From: a bacterium
Lineage (GTDB): Bacteria; JAAXHH01
Length of the DNA stretch: 64,000 nt
Reading direction: 5' to 3'
Assembly (NCBI GenBank): GCA_965242885.1
Contig: CBDETH010000008.1
Location: forward strand, 150,286 to 214,285
Position 1 is the first letter of the stretch. The number at the start of each line of letters is the position of its first letter. The position numbers were made by a program, and so were the translations under genes. The notes below the pieces were generated by a model. That model was not told where the DNA came from. It saw only the letters and a program-made list of their open reading frames with translations, and did no database searches. Below are positions 9,514-20,594 of the stretch, piece after piece.

Positions 9514-10947
9514 TCAAGACGTCCCGCCATGGTCCGGGCTTCCGCGTCGACCACGCGGGGGAACCGCCGTCTCGTAAGGTACCGCGCCCGCATCGTTCAC
9601 TTCGTAACCGAATCGCTCCAGGTAATGACCGGCGGGAAGCAGCGCGTCGCCCCGCCGGGCCATCTCTTGCTGCAACATGCCGTCCAGGCGCCGCTGCAGG
9701 CCGGCATGTTCTTCCCGGCCGGCCAGGTTGGACAGCTGACAGGGATCCTCCAGGTTGTCGTACAACAGCCAGGGCCCGTCGAGATTGCGTACATAGGTGT
9801 GCCCGGTGGTCCGGATTCCCCGCCAGGGCTGGCCCCGGTATTCCGAAAAAGGCGCGATGCTCATGATGTAAGCGGCCTCGTTGCCCGTAAAGGCCTCGCC
9901 CCGCACCGCCGGGGCGTGGTCCCGCCCCTCGCAGGTATCGGGTACGGGGATGCCCGCCAGACCGAGCAGCGTCGGCATGATGTCCACCACGTTGAAGGGG
10001 GTGCCGATACGAAGCCTCGCGTGCGCCTGGACCGCCTGGACCGCCTGGTCCGCCCGGTCCGCCCGGTCCGCCCGGTCCGCCCGGTCCGCCGGGTCCGGGC
10101 AACACATGACGAATGGAACGCGGATGGACTCGTCCCAGGGATGCTGCTTGCGCTGCCGGCCCTGCGATCCGAGCATGTCGCCATGATCCGAAGTATATAC
10201 GAAAATCGTTTCGTCCATCAGTCCCTGTTCTTCGAGGACGCCGCCCAGCCGCGCCAACTGGTCGTCGAGAGCCGTAATATGCGCATGGTAACCCGCCAGA
10301 TCTGCTCGGGCAGGATCGGGACAGTTGGGACGCACCTCTACTTCCTCCGGCGGATACAGGTCAAGGTAACGGTCGGGCACGGCTTCGTAGGGATTATGGG
10401 GCGGTCCCCACGACAGCACCAGCGCGAAGGGCCGGTCCCGCTTCCGGTCCCGCCCCCGGGCGCGTATGTATTCGATGGCCAGGGAAGTCTGCGCCTCCGC
10501 ATCGTAGCCGTTCCAGTACAGCGGCGCTTCCGAATCCCGGTAGTACAGGGAGTGCATGTAGTCGTGGGTGCAGTTGCCCACGGCCCAGAAATCGAACCCC
10601 TGCCTGCGGGGACCGGGCGGCGTGTATCCGCTCCGGGACGGGCCGTCGAGATGCCATTTCCCGATGTAGGCCGTGTCGTAGCCCTCCGCGCACAGGACCG
10701 TGCCCAGGGTCGGCCGGTCCGTTGGAAGCCGCACATCGTTCATGAACATGCCGGTCGTCAATGGATACTGTCCGGTCAGAAGAGCAGCCCGCCAGGGCGT
10801 GCAGACCGGGATGTTGGAGACTGCCAGGTCGAAGACGACGCCTTCGTCGGCCATGAGGTCCATGTACGGCGTCCGCACCTGGCGGCTGCCTCCGAAGCCG
10901 GTGCTGCACCATCGGTGCTGATCGCTGAACACGAATACGATATTCAT
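9514..10947 (-). CDS. Sulfatase (formylglycine-dependent arylsulfatase family)
   Basis: CTPWRAALLTGQYP (CxPxR FGE motif), GKWHLG, …SDHGDMLG… motifs; contains an in-frame 9-nt tandem repeat insert. Confidence 0.85.
   Translation of the reverse strand: MNIVFVFSDQHRWCSTGFGGSRQVRTPYMDLMADEGVVFDLAVSNIPVCTPWRAALLTGQYPLTTGMFMNDVRLPTDRPTLGTVLCAEGYDTAYIGKWHLDGPSRSGYTPPGPRRQGFDFWAVGNCTHDYMHSLYYRDSEAPLYWNGYDAEAQTSLAIEYIRARGRDRKRDRPFALVLSWGPPHNPYEAVPDRYLDLYPPEEVEVRPNCPDPARADLAGYHAHITALDDQLARLGGVLEEQGLMDETIFVYTSDHGDMLGSQGRQRKQHPWDESIRVPFVMCCPDPADRADRADRADRADQAVQAVQAHARLRIGTPFNVVDIMPTLLGLAGIPVPDTCEGRDHAPAVRGEAFTGNEAAYIMSIAPFSEYRGQPWRGIRTTGHTYVRNLDGPWLLYDNLEDPCQLSNLAGREEHAGLQRRLDGMLQQEMARRGDALLPAGHYLERFGYEVNDAGAVPYETAVPPRGRRGSPDHGGTS
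10021..10092 (-). repeat. In-frame 9-nt tandem repeat (~7-8 units) inside the sulfatase gene, encoding (ADR)n/(AVQ)n
   Basis: gaccgcctg x2 then gcccggtcc x5 read directly; translates to PDPADRADRADRADRADQAVQAVQA. Confidence 0.8.
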
Positions 10948-11540
10948 CGCGCGGTCGCCCGGACCGCCCGGTCCAGCAACGACTTCAACGCGGGGGTGAA
11001 GTCAATATCCCGCGCGGCCTCCCGTCCCGTGGGCGACATCTTCTTCCAGGTCTTCGCCAGAATATCGACCAGTTTTTCGTCACTTTGCTTTTTTGCGAAC
11101 GCAGTCAGATAGTGCCGGAGAAACACCAGGCAGGCCACGTCCTCGACGGTCTGCGCCTCGGGGTCGGCCTTGAAGCGCTCTTTCCGAACGAGAGCCTGCA
11201 CGCGGTCTACGAGGGCGTCGTCATAGCCGGCATCCCGCAGGATGGCGCCCGCGGTCTGGGCGTGGTACCAGGCCAGTTCCGTGCGCCACTGCCGGTAACC
11301 TAGCCGTCCTACGGGGAAATCGCCGCGGGGAATCTTCCACCGCTGGATGTGCTGGCAGCGCACGGCCAGCCGCAGTGCTTCCGACGCGCCGGGCGCCAGG
11401 TCTTCAAGGCAGGCTGACATCCGCAAGCCGTACAGAAGCGCTTTCGGCATCGATCGGCCGTCGACTTCCTCGGATTCCGGATCGGCGCCATTCGCGGCGT
11501 CGATGCGTTCCATGGCATCCGAAAATCGATCATGATCCAT
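10944..11540 (-). CDS. Hypothetical protein (possibly DUF4202 family)
   Basis: 198-aa ORF with good coding appearance; the stop overlaps the sulfatase start; the family assignment is from memory only. Confidence 0.3.
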   Translation of the reverse strand: MDHDRFSDAMERIDAANGADPESEEVDGRSMPKALLYGLRMSACLEDLAPGASEALRLAVRCQHIQRWKIPRGDFPVGRLGYRQWRTELAWYHAQTAGAILRDAGYDDALVDRVQALVRKERFKADPEAQTVEDVACLVFLRHYLTAFAKKQSDEKLVDILAKTWKKMSPTGREAARDIDFTPALKSLLDRAVRATAR

Positions 11541-11576
11541 CAGTCAAGTCGCTTTCACTTTTCAGTCGCTATCACC

Positions 11577-11612
11577 AAAAAGCCGCCGGTTGATGATTCC
11601 GGCGGCTTTTTA
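11577..11612 (-). terminator. Rho-independent terminator (gccgccgg–loop–ccggcggc plus a T run), bidirectional in appearance
   Basis: 8-bp GC stem, 9-nt loop, flanked by A4 and T5; lies 30 nt downstream of the stop of the 11644..12072 gene. Confidence 0.6.
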
Positions 11613-11643
11613 GTAGTGGCATGAAGCGTTACGGGATCGTGTT

Positions 11644-12072
11644 TCAGGCGGACATGGCGAGCTGTTCGCTGTATTCCTGCATCTCGAACGACCGCTCGGC
11701 CGGTTGGAAATCGATGCCGTGCCGGTCGCACAGCTTGCGCAGCTTGTTCACAGCGCCGCCGATATGCTTTCCGCCCCTGCAGATCCCGAACAGGTGCTGG
11801 CTCACGACCCTGCGGGAGATGCCCAGGATCTCCGCGGTCTCCTGCTGGGTCTTCTGGTAGATGAAATACAGCACCACGACCTCGCACTGTTTCTGGGTCA
11901 GATACTGGGAGAGGAAATCGTAGACCGCGTCGGCCAGTTCGTCCACACGGTCTTCGCGCTGGTACCTGTGCACCCGATCCTCCCCCGTCTCGTACCAGAT
12001 ATTCGCTTCATTGGGATATTGCTCCAGGTCAACCTGGTCCAATCGGATTTCCCAGAATTCTGGATTATACAT
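11644..12072 (-). CDS. Small sigma-70 region-4-like HTH protein (ECF-sigma-like C-terminal domain only)
   Basis: LTQKQCEVVVLYFIYQKTQQETAEILGISRRVVSQHL matches sigma70_r4 / LuxR-type HTH. Confidence 0.5.
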   Translation of the reverse strand: MYNPEFWEIRLDQVDLEQYPNEANIWYETGEDRVHRYQREDRVDELADAVYDFLSQYLTQKQCEVVVLYFIYQKTQQETAEILGISRRVVSQHLFGICRGGKHIGGAVNKLRKLCDRHGIDFQPAERSFEMQEYSEQLAMSA

Positions 12073-12521
12073 GAAGTGATTCTACCTCCGGTTCGAATCG
12101 TTAAAGGACAAAAAAAACACCGCGTGACGTAGGTCTCGCGGCTCCGGAGGACGTGCGTCAGTTTCCCTGATCGGGTCCGGGACTCAGGGAATGTCCCAAC
12201 AACACTCCGGAGACGAGAACGGCGTGCCTGCGTCAGAGACGAAGGTCTTCGGACGCGCGATGGACCGCGCTGCAAGGTATCTTCCTGCCATTTTGATGCC
12301 TCCTTTGGTGGGATTCAACCCGGGGAGGACGGTCGAAACGAACTGCTGTGATCATCGAGCCGTCCATGGTTTCTGCGTGCTGTGTTCCCGCGGGTGCGAC
12401 GACGGTATCTACATATATACATTACGGATGCACTTATATACACTCCGGATGCACTTTTTCTTCGATTCAATCGCAAAAAGTCGTAATTGGCAGAATCCGG
12501 GTCCGATCCGCTTCCGTCTGG

Positions 12522-13520
12522 CTAACGCCGGAGATCCGATCCGGTTCCCTCGATCTGTGCTTCAAGGTCGTCCCGGGTGAACCAATTGAACGGTCCGGGA
12601 ATGGAACAGGAAAGCGCGGCGGCGGCACTGCCGTACTGCAGGGCGGAACGGGTGCAACCCTCCAGGCAGCCGAGGAGAAAACCCGCCGCGAAGGCGCCCA
12701 GCGCCCCGTCGGTATCGACCGCCCTGGTCTCCCCCGACCGCTCCTCGAAGGTCTCTCCGGACGGGGAAACCGCCACGGCGGAACATTCCGCAGCTCCCTC
12801 GGCGGTCAGGCGGTGCTCCACGACGGCCGCGTGCTTCGATTCGAACCGGCTGCGCGCCAGGTCGGCCGCCGCCGCCAGCGGGCCTTCGAAATCCCAGATC
12901 GTCTCCAGGGACCTTCGGGTCGTCATGATGACGGCCGCGGTTTCCACGAGACCGAGCACGCTGCTGCCGACCGCGGCGTCGAGACGCTCTCCGTCCGGAA
13001 TGTCCAGCAGGATGCTGACCGGGTTGCTCGCGGTCCGGACGGACTCGAGGGCGGATTCCAGCAGGCCGGCGTTTGCTTCGTCGAGCATGGGCGCCGTGAG
13101 ATCCAGGTGAAGGACGGCCGTGTCGCGGGCCGCGGCCCAGTCCTCCGTACCGGGAGGGGCAGCACGAAAAGCGGTACCCTCCATGTCGTACCAGTACCGG
13201 GCCGGCCGGGGCGCGCTGCCCGTCTCGGCGTAGCACAGTCCGGTGCGGCCCCCGGGCACGCGAACCACGTGCCGGGTGTCCACGCCGTGCTCCCGGACCT
13301 TGTTGACGAGCTTCATGCCCAGGGGCGTGTCGCCCACGGCGGAAAGCCAGGCCGTCCGCAGGCCAAGCCTTGCGAGACCGACCGCCGCCGCCAGCGCGCC
13401 GCCGGACACGGCCGCATCGAAGCCGCCGGCCTGCTCGAACCGCTCCCGACCCCGCGGGGTAAGGCGCAGAAAACCTTCGCCCCAGGTCACGACGTCGTAC
13501 TTTTTATCGCGATTCCTCAC
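12522..13520 (-). CDS. PfkB-family carbohydrate kinase
   Basis: Ribokinase-like fold signatures (N-terminal GG dipeptide region, C-terminal …GAGDAF-like GAFAAGFL… motif). Confidence 0.65.
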   Translation of the reverse strand: MRNRDKKYDVVTWGEGFLRLTPRGRERFEQAGGFDAAVSGGALAAAVGLARLGLRTAWLSAVGDTPLGMKLVNKVREHGVDTRHVVRVPGGRTGLCYAETGSAPRPARYWYDMEGTAFRAAPPGTEDWAAARDTAVLHLDLTAPMLDEANAGLLESALESVRTASNPVSILLDIPDGERLDAAVGSSVLGLVETAAVIMTTRRSLETIWDFEGPLAAAADLARSRFESKHAAVVEHRLTAEGAAECSAVAVSPSGETFEERSGETRAVDTDGALGAFAAGFLLGCLEGCTRSALQYGSAAAALSCSIPGPFNWFTRDDLEAQIEGTGSDLRR

Positions 13521-13550
13521 GGCCTGCGCTCCCTCATGGCCTGCGTTTTC

Positions 13551-14336
13551 TCATGGCTTGCGCTCCCGTCCGTCCTCCTCGATGGACTCCAGGAATTTCA
13601 GTGACTTCAACTCCCGTCCGTCGTCCAACTGGTAGAGGTAGAAGGCGCGGATCGCACGCTGGATCTCCCGCCGGGACGTCCCGACGGGTTTCAGCCGGGG
13701 CAGATGCTCCAGCGGCATTTCGCGCACACGGGACAGCAACCGGGTGGTGCCCAGGGAGAGCTGCATGGCCTCGCCGTCCTGCGCCTGGCAGTCCCGGCAC
13801 AGGATTCCGCCCAGGGACGGACTGAATCGGACCGAGGCTTCCTCCGGGCGCTCCCCGCAACCCAGGCAGGCCGAGAACTCCGGACCGGTGCCGTAGACAT
13901 CGGCGAATTCGATCTGAAAACGCCAGAACAGCATTTCGCATGCGTCCGCGGACAGCTGGTCGATGGCTTCCAGTGTACGCAAGATCAGTCCGAAGAGTTG
14001 TTCGCCGGGTTCTTCGCCGAGGACGAGCCGGTTCACCAGTTCACAGACGGCGCTGGCATAGCCCACTTTCGTGAGGTCTTCCCCGATCCGCCTGAAGTAC
14101 GGCCCCGCCTCGACTTTCGAAAGATGCTGCAGTTCACGGTTCTCGCGATGGTTGTACGATATGGTGATTACGCACAGCGGTTGCAGCGAGGACGCCATCC
14201 TGCTCTTCGGACGTCGCGCCCCGCGGGCCACGAGCTTCACCTTTCCGAATGCCCGCGCGTAGACCGTGACCAGGAGGCTGGTGTCCCCCAGCGGGATTCG
14301 GTTCAATACGATGGCTTCCGAGGATCGTATGGCCAT
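13551..14336 (-). CDS. recO: DNA repair protein RecO
   Basis: N-terminal OB-fold region (EAIVLNRIPLGDTSLLVTVYARAFGK) and C-terminal zinc-binding CxxC…CxxC (CLGCG…CRDC). Confidence 0.8.
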   Translation of the reverse strand: MAIRSSEAIVLNRIPLGDTSLLVTVYARAFGKVKLVARGARRPKSRMASSLQPLCVITISYNHRENRELQHLSKVEAGPYFRRIGEDLTKVGYASAVCELVNRLVLGEEPGEQLFGLILRTLEAIDQLSADACEMLFWRFQIEFADVYGTGPEFSACLGCGERPEEASVRFSPSLGGILCRDCQAQDGEAMQLSLGTTRLLSRVREMPLEHLPRLKPVGTSRREIQRAIRAFYLYQLDDGRELKSLKFLESIEEDGRERKP

Positions 14337-14369
14337 GGGGAGGCCCGGGGTTGCCGGGAGGAAACCGTT

Positions 14370-14864
14370 TCAGCGGCCGGGATCGGACGTCCTAGCTTCG
14401 GAGGAATCCGCTTCGACGGAATCCGATTCGGCGGAATCCGTTTCCGCGGGGAACCGGTATATCAACTCGTCTTCCCGGACCATGCCGTGTTCCTCCCGGG
14501 CCCGCCGCTCCAGCTCGAAGCGCGTCCGGTCGTCCGTATCGGCATCGCCCTCCAGCAGTTCCAGTTCGTCGATCTGTACGCGCTCCCTGGATTCCAGTTC
14601 CTTCAAGTCGGTCTGCAACTGAGATCGTTGCTCGCTGAGTTTCCACATGTTGTACCAGCCGTAATCTCCACCGATAAAGACGTAGCCGAACACGACAGCG
14701 ATCACGGCGAGGATGATCCACCTCAACCGGGACCGTTTCCTGGACCGACGGCGGCGCCCGGCTCTAAACCCCCTCGAGGAATCGGACGCCGCCAAGTCAT
14801 CGGACGCCATCGAGGCATCGGACGCCGACGAGGGATCGGATCTGAAAGGTCCCGTATCGGCCAT
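14370..14864 (-). CDS. ftsB: Septum formation initiator (FtsB/DivIC-like)
   Basis: Single TM segment followed by a coiled coil (WKLSEQRSQLQTDLKELESRERVQIDELELL); conserved synteny immediately downstream of eno. Confidence 0.6.
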   Translation of the reverse strand: MADTGPFRSDPSSASDASMASDDLAASDSSRGFRAGRRRRSRKRSRLRWIILAVIAVVFGYVFIGGDYGWYNMWKLSEQRSQLQTDLKELESRERVQIDELELLEGDADTDDRTRFELERRAREEHGMVREDELIYRFPAETDSAESDSVEADSSEARTSDPGR

Positions 14865-14878
14865 GGGACGTGCTCCGT

Positions 14879-16330
<1,452 letters not shown>

Positions 16331-16388
16331 TCAACCGCTCCATATGTTAACGGCTCCGGGCCATGCGTCAAGGACAAGACGGATAAGG

Positions 16389-17609
16389 TCACGGCCGTTG
16401 GTCTTCCTGCGCCTGAAGCGCCCTGAGCTGGCGGGTCACCCGGGCCAGTTCGATCAGCAGTCCCTCCATGCGCGCCGCGTATTCCTCCGGGTCCTCCTGT
16501 TCCTTCCGGACCCTGAGCTCGTCGATCAGCCAACGGAGTTCCTCCATGCGCGCCTGCAGCGCCTGCCCGCCGGGCGGCACGGTCCCGGCAGTGGCTTCCG
16601 GGCCGCCTGGGCCGCGTCCGAAGTATATCCTGCCGGCCAGCGTACCGTCCGTACCGCCGGGTCCCGGTTCCCGGGTGCCCCGCCCGTCGCCGTTATCGTC
16701 CAGCAGGGCATGCTCGGTAGCCAGCAACCCCTGGTCTTCGTACCACTCCGCGGTCTTGTTCCTCGCGTAGTTAAAAGACTCCAGCACGGAGACCCGCCCA
16801 TCCTTGTCCAGGTCGCCCGCCTGCGCTTTCAGTGCGTCGAGCAGGTGTTCCGGGAAGACTGTGGACAGTCGTTCGGCGCCGCTCTTGGTCGCCGTTACGA
16901 TCACGCGGCCTGGACCGCTGAGCGCGTCGATGAACGGGGCGCTGGAACTCGCTCCGTTCACCACGACCGTGTATCGGGCCCCAATCTCATCGAGCGCATC
17001 GTGGAGCGCGTCCGCCGTCAGGTCGGGGCCGGGTATGTTCAGCCTGGGGCCCGTGCCCGTGGCGCTGCCATGGCCGATCAGCAGGACGAACAGATCGTCG
17101 TTAGGACGCACCAGGCGCGCCAGCTCGGCCAGGGCGGCGCGGATCTCCTCGAGCGTGGACTTCACGGCCGGGGTGCCGCCCGCCGCGTCCGGGTCTTCGA
17201 CCAGCAGGAACAGCCGGTCTTCCGGGTATCCGTGTTCGGTCTTCAATACCTCGTAGAATCCGCGCGCCCAGGCCAGATGCTGTTCCACGTACTTCATCTC
17301 CCCGCCGAGACCCGCGATGACCAGCCCGTATCGCACGCCCGACGCCGGCCCGGCGGACTTCATATCCTGCGGAGTGGCCTCCTGCCGCGCCGGACCCGTT
17401 ACCGAATCGGTTGCAGGGCGCGGCAGCTCAGCCGCATGAACCGGCAACAGCCCCGCGGCCAGCTCGCAAACGAACAGCCCCGCGGCCAGCACGCAAACGG
17501 ACAGCACGCGAACGGACAGCACGCGAACGGACAGCAGGCGCGCGGGCACGCCCGTAGCCAGGTTGACCAGGCCCATCACGACAGTCCTTTCTGGCGTCTC
17601 AGGAACCAC
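16389..17609 (-). CDS. Peptidase C13-like (legumain/caspase-fold) secreted protein
   Basis: YGLVIAGLGG…LFVLLIGHGS… arrangement, typical of the C13 His-Gly / Cys dyad region; repetitive signal-peptide-like N-terminus. Confidence 0.45.
   Translation of the reverse strand: MVPETPERTVVMGLVNLATGVPARLLSVRVLSVRVLSVCVLAAGLFVCELAAGLLPVHAAELPRPATDSVTGPARQEATPQDMKSAGPASGVRYGLVIAGLGGEMKYVEQHLAWARGFYEVLKTEHGYPEDRLFLLVEDPDAAGGTPAVKSTLEEIRAALAELARLVRPNDDLFVLLIGHGSATGTGPRLNIPGPDLTADALHDALDEIGARYTVVVNGASSSAPFIDALSGPGRVIVTATKSGAERLSTVFPEHLLDALKAQAGDLDKDGRVSVLESFNYARNKTAEWYEDQGLLATEHALLDDNGDGRGTREPGPGGTDGTLAGRIYFGRGPGGPEATAGTVPPGGQALQARMEELRWLIDELRVRKEQEDPEEYAARMEGLLIELARVTRQLRALQAQEDQRP
17445..17545 (-). repeat. 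Tandem 18-nt and 15-nt repeats inside the 5' end of the C13-like gene (encodes LLSVRVLSVRVLSV… and …AAGLFVCELAAGLL…)
   Basis: aacagccccgcggccagc x2 and acgcgaacggacagc x3 read directly. Confidence 0.7.
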
Positions 17610-19861
17610 TCGGCGCTCAGGAAGAGCAGAATGGCCGCGAAAAGGAAGGGGGCGTCCCGCAGGTCTCTCTCGCGGATCGAAGTCGCCGTATCCTCGACAG
17701 GCGCGATCATTTCCGCCAGCTGTCCCGCATCGGACAGCGGCAGGTACGTGCCGCCCGTGGACGCCGCGAGCCTTTCGAGTTCTTCCCGTCGAAGCCCCGC
17801 GTTCGTGAATTCGGTGGCCGAGGGGGCCACGGTAAACCCGGTCTGGTCACGCAGCAACTCGCCATCCCCGGAACGGACCGACACCTCTACCTTGTGCGTC
17901 CCGCCCAGTGCGGGCCGGAACTCGCCGCTGTACAGTCCGTTCCTTCCCAGGGTCCGTTCGAGCCGCACAGCCTCCGTGCGTCCGGCGGGGCCTGTTATGT
18001 CGGCCCACACTTCGGCGCCGCTCACCAATTCGAATTCCTGGTCGAACAAGCGGCTTTCGATGACCACCGGTTCGTGTCCGCCGTAGTTCGTCCGGTCCGT
18101 GGCGACCGACACCCGCCCGGGGGCGTACAGGGAGATCCAGCGGATCATCTGGCGCCAGAACCGTTCGTGGGACTGGTCTTCCGACGGAAGATGCATCTGC
18201 CAGCGCCACGTGCTGAATCCGGTAAAGGCCATGGACCGCCCTCTTCCATAACGCTGAACCGCCAGGACCACGTTCGACCCTTCCAGCGCGTCCGCCTTCG
18301 GGTCGATCGCCAGTACGGCGGCCCCGGGTTTCGCACCGCCGATCCGGTTGTAGCCCATCAGTTCCGGCAACTCGCTCCAGATCGCGCTGTTTTCCTCCCG
18401 GGTAGACCCGAACCGGAGCAACGGATGGTCGATCCCTTCCGCGGCCGGTTCGAGGAGAAAGGCGTGGTCGACGATGCCCATAGCCCAGTCTTCGCCGGTG
18501 AGCCGAACCGGCAGCAGGTCCTCGATCGGCGTTCCCGCGTACCCGCCTTCCCGGAAGGAACTCAGTCCGCCGATCATCAGGAAGCCGCCGCCGCGGTCAC
18601 TCACGAAGGCCTCGGTGAGCCGCAACTGCTCGGGCGTGAACCAGTCTGCCTCGATGTCTCCGAATACGACCGCGTCATAGGCAAACAGCTCCTCGCGGCT
18701 GCGGGGGTATCCCGCCGTCAACTCCTGCTTCGGATCCCGTATGCCCTGACGGTAGATCCTCCCGTCCGGCGAAATCCGGACGATCGAGACCAGATCGATC
18801 CTGGGGTCTTCTTCCAGGGCCCTTCGAATGAACTTGAACTCCCTCCGGGGATATCCTTCCACGTAGAGGACCCGTCCGGTTTTCGACCGGTTGTCCAGCA
18901 GGAAGGCCTGCGCGTTGTTCTCCGCGATCGTCTCCGCGTTCTGCGGGGCGACTTCGGCCGAGTATTCGAGAATGCCCGGCGATTCCGGCGAGAGGAACAC
19001 CTGAACCCGCTGGACGTCGCCGTCCCCGCCCAGGCGCACGGGCACCGTCTGGACCACCCGACCGCCCTCCCTGATGTTCAGGTCGACGGACCGGCCCGAA
19101 TACCCTGAACTGCGGAGGGTGACGATCAGGTCGGTTATGGTGCCTTCCGCGACCCGGTCCGAGGCGGCAACCTTAAGAATCTCCACGTCCCGGTCGATCC
19201 GTTCCCGGCCGACACCCACGGCATGGACCGGCGTGTCCTGCGATGCGAGGTACGCGGCCGCGTTGGCCAGCTTGTCCGTACCCGTGCCCGTATTGTCCGC
19301 GCCGTCGGTCACCAGCACCACGGCGGCCACGGGCAGGTCTCTGAACTCGCCGGCGGCCTGTGCGAGCGCGCCCGCCATGTCCGTCGCGGTCCCGGAGGCG
19401 TCCAGTTCCCCGATACCAGGGACCCGTTCGGTCCGTTCCGCGAACCGGTAGAACCTCAGCCTGAACTGTGCGGCGAGTTCCTCGAGCAGTCCATCATCCC
19501 CGAACCTGCGCTTCACCGCTTCCACGCGCGAAAGGCCCTGCGTCGCGTCCTGAATGCCCATGCTACCGGAGTCGTCGAACAGCATCAGGAGGAAACCCCG
19601 GCGGGGGGAGACCTCGGACGCCACGATGACGGGTTCCATGAGACAGAACACGACCAGCAGCAGGGGCAGGATTTTCAGCCCGGTGAGCAGGGATTTCACC
19701 GGCGTGGAAGTCGCCACGGGCATGCGGCGGTAGAACAGGACGACAAGCCCGGCCACGGAAAGGGCGAAAAGTACGATGACCCAGAAAGGGATCGTGGTTC
19801 TGAAGGCCAGGTGCTCGGACACCCCGATCAGGCCGAGCGCGTATAGGACCGAATCGATCAC
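17576..19861 (-). CDS. VWA-domain membrane protein (BatA-like) with a C-terminal glutamine-amidotransferase-like domain
   Basis: N-terminal TM helices, a VWA MIDAS-like motif (LLMLFDDSGSM) and a C-terminal TM segment; overlaps the upstream C13-like gene by 34 nt. Confidence 0.5.
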   Translation of the reverse strand: MIDSVLYALGLIGVSEHLAFRTTIPFWVIVLFALSVAGLVVLFYRRMPVATSTPVKSLLTGLKILPLLLVVFCLMEPVIVASEVSPRRGFLLMLFDDSGSMGIQDATQGLSRVEAVKRRFGDDGLLEELAAQFRLRFYRFAERTERVPGIGELDASGTATDMAGALAQAAGEFRDLPVAAVVLVTDGADNTGTGTDKLANAAAYLASQDTPVHAVGVGRERIDRDVEILKVAASDRVAEGTITDLIVTLRSSGYSGRSVDLNIREGGRVVQTVPVRLGGDGDVQRVQVFLSPESPGILEYSAEVAPQNAETIAENNAQAFLLDNRSKTGRVLYVEGYPRREFKFIRRALEEDPRIDLVSIVRISPDGRIYRQGIRDPKQELTAGYPRSREELFAYDAVVFGDIEADWFTPEQLRLTEAFVSDRGGGFLMIGGLSSFREGGYAGTPIEDLLPVRLTGEDWAMGIVDHAFLLEPAAEGIDHPLLRFGSTREENSAIWSELPELMGYNRIGGAKPGAAVLAIDPKADALEGSNVVLAVQRYGRGRSMAFTGFSTWRWQMHLPSEDQSHERFWRQMIRWISLYAPGRVSVATDRTNYGGHEPVVIESRLFDQEFELVSGAEVWADITGPAGRTEAVRLERTLGRNGLYSGEFRPALGGTHKVEVSVRSGDGELLRDQTGFTVAPSATEFTNAGLRREELERLAASTGGTYLPLSDAGQLAEMIAPVEDTATSIRERDLRDAPFLFAAILLFLSAEWFLRRQKGLS

Positions 19862-20165
19862 GGTATATACCTGGTGGGGTTACCATCGAACGGGAAGCGA
19901 CAGTCCGGCCGGGCCAGCCGACAGGGAGCGCCGCCGGTCCCGTATAGACACCGTTATTGAAAAGGAAATCGGGTGGAACTGTCAATACAAATAAGGCGTC
20001 TGGCGTGCCGGAGCGGGCTATGCTGAAAGTACCGTCGGATGCCGCAGAAAGACCGACCTGAAAGCCCTTGACAGCGCGGCGGAGCGTATCTAAGTTGCCC
20101 GAACCGCCCGTGGAGCGGGGAAGGCCCGGCGACGCGCAACAGAGTCCGCAATGCCCACGACGAAA

Positions 20166-20546
20166 GGAGTCGCGATGAAACGGATCATACCGGTGATAGC
20201 CGCCTGCTTCGTGATGACGGTCCTGGTCGACGCAACCGTGGACGCCCAGCGCACCCCTCAGAACGTCCAGGTCCTGACGGATCTCTCCACTCGGGATATA
20301 CGCGAATACATGAAGTCGGTCAGCAGCGGCATCGGGGAGAAGTGCGACTACTGCCACAATCTGAAAGACTATGCCAGCGACGAAAAGGAAGCGAAACTGA
20401 TCGGCCGGGAGTTCATCAGGCTCGTGGAGCAGGTCAACGAGCAAGTGGTGGCCATCAACAGCAATGTCATGAAAAAGGAAGACCTGCAACTGGTGACCTG
20501 CTACACCTGCCACGCCGGTGAACTCACCATCATTTCCGAAGAGTAG
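20166..20546 (+). CDS. Small c-type cytochrome (photosynthetic-reaction-centre cytochrome c subunit-like family), two CxxCH motifs
   Basis: Signal peptide and two heme-binding motifs, CDYCH and CYTCH. Confidence 0.6.
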   Translation, partial: GVAMKRIIPVIAACFVMTVLVDATVDAQRTPQNVQVLTDLSTRDIREYMKSVSSGIGEKCDYCHNLKDYASDEKEAKLIGREFIRLVEQVNEQVVAINSNVMKKEDLQLVTCYTCHAGELTIISEE

Positions 20547-20594
20547 GCATCCTTCGCTTTACGCACACCTCGAACCAGACGGGGTCAGAGAGAC

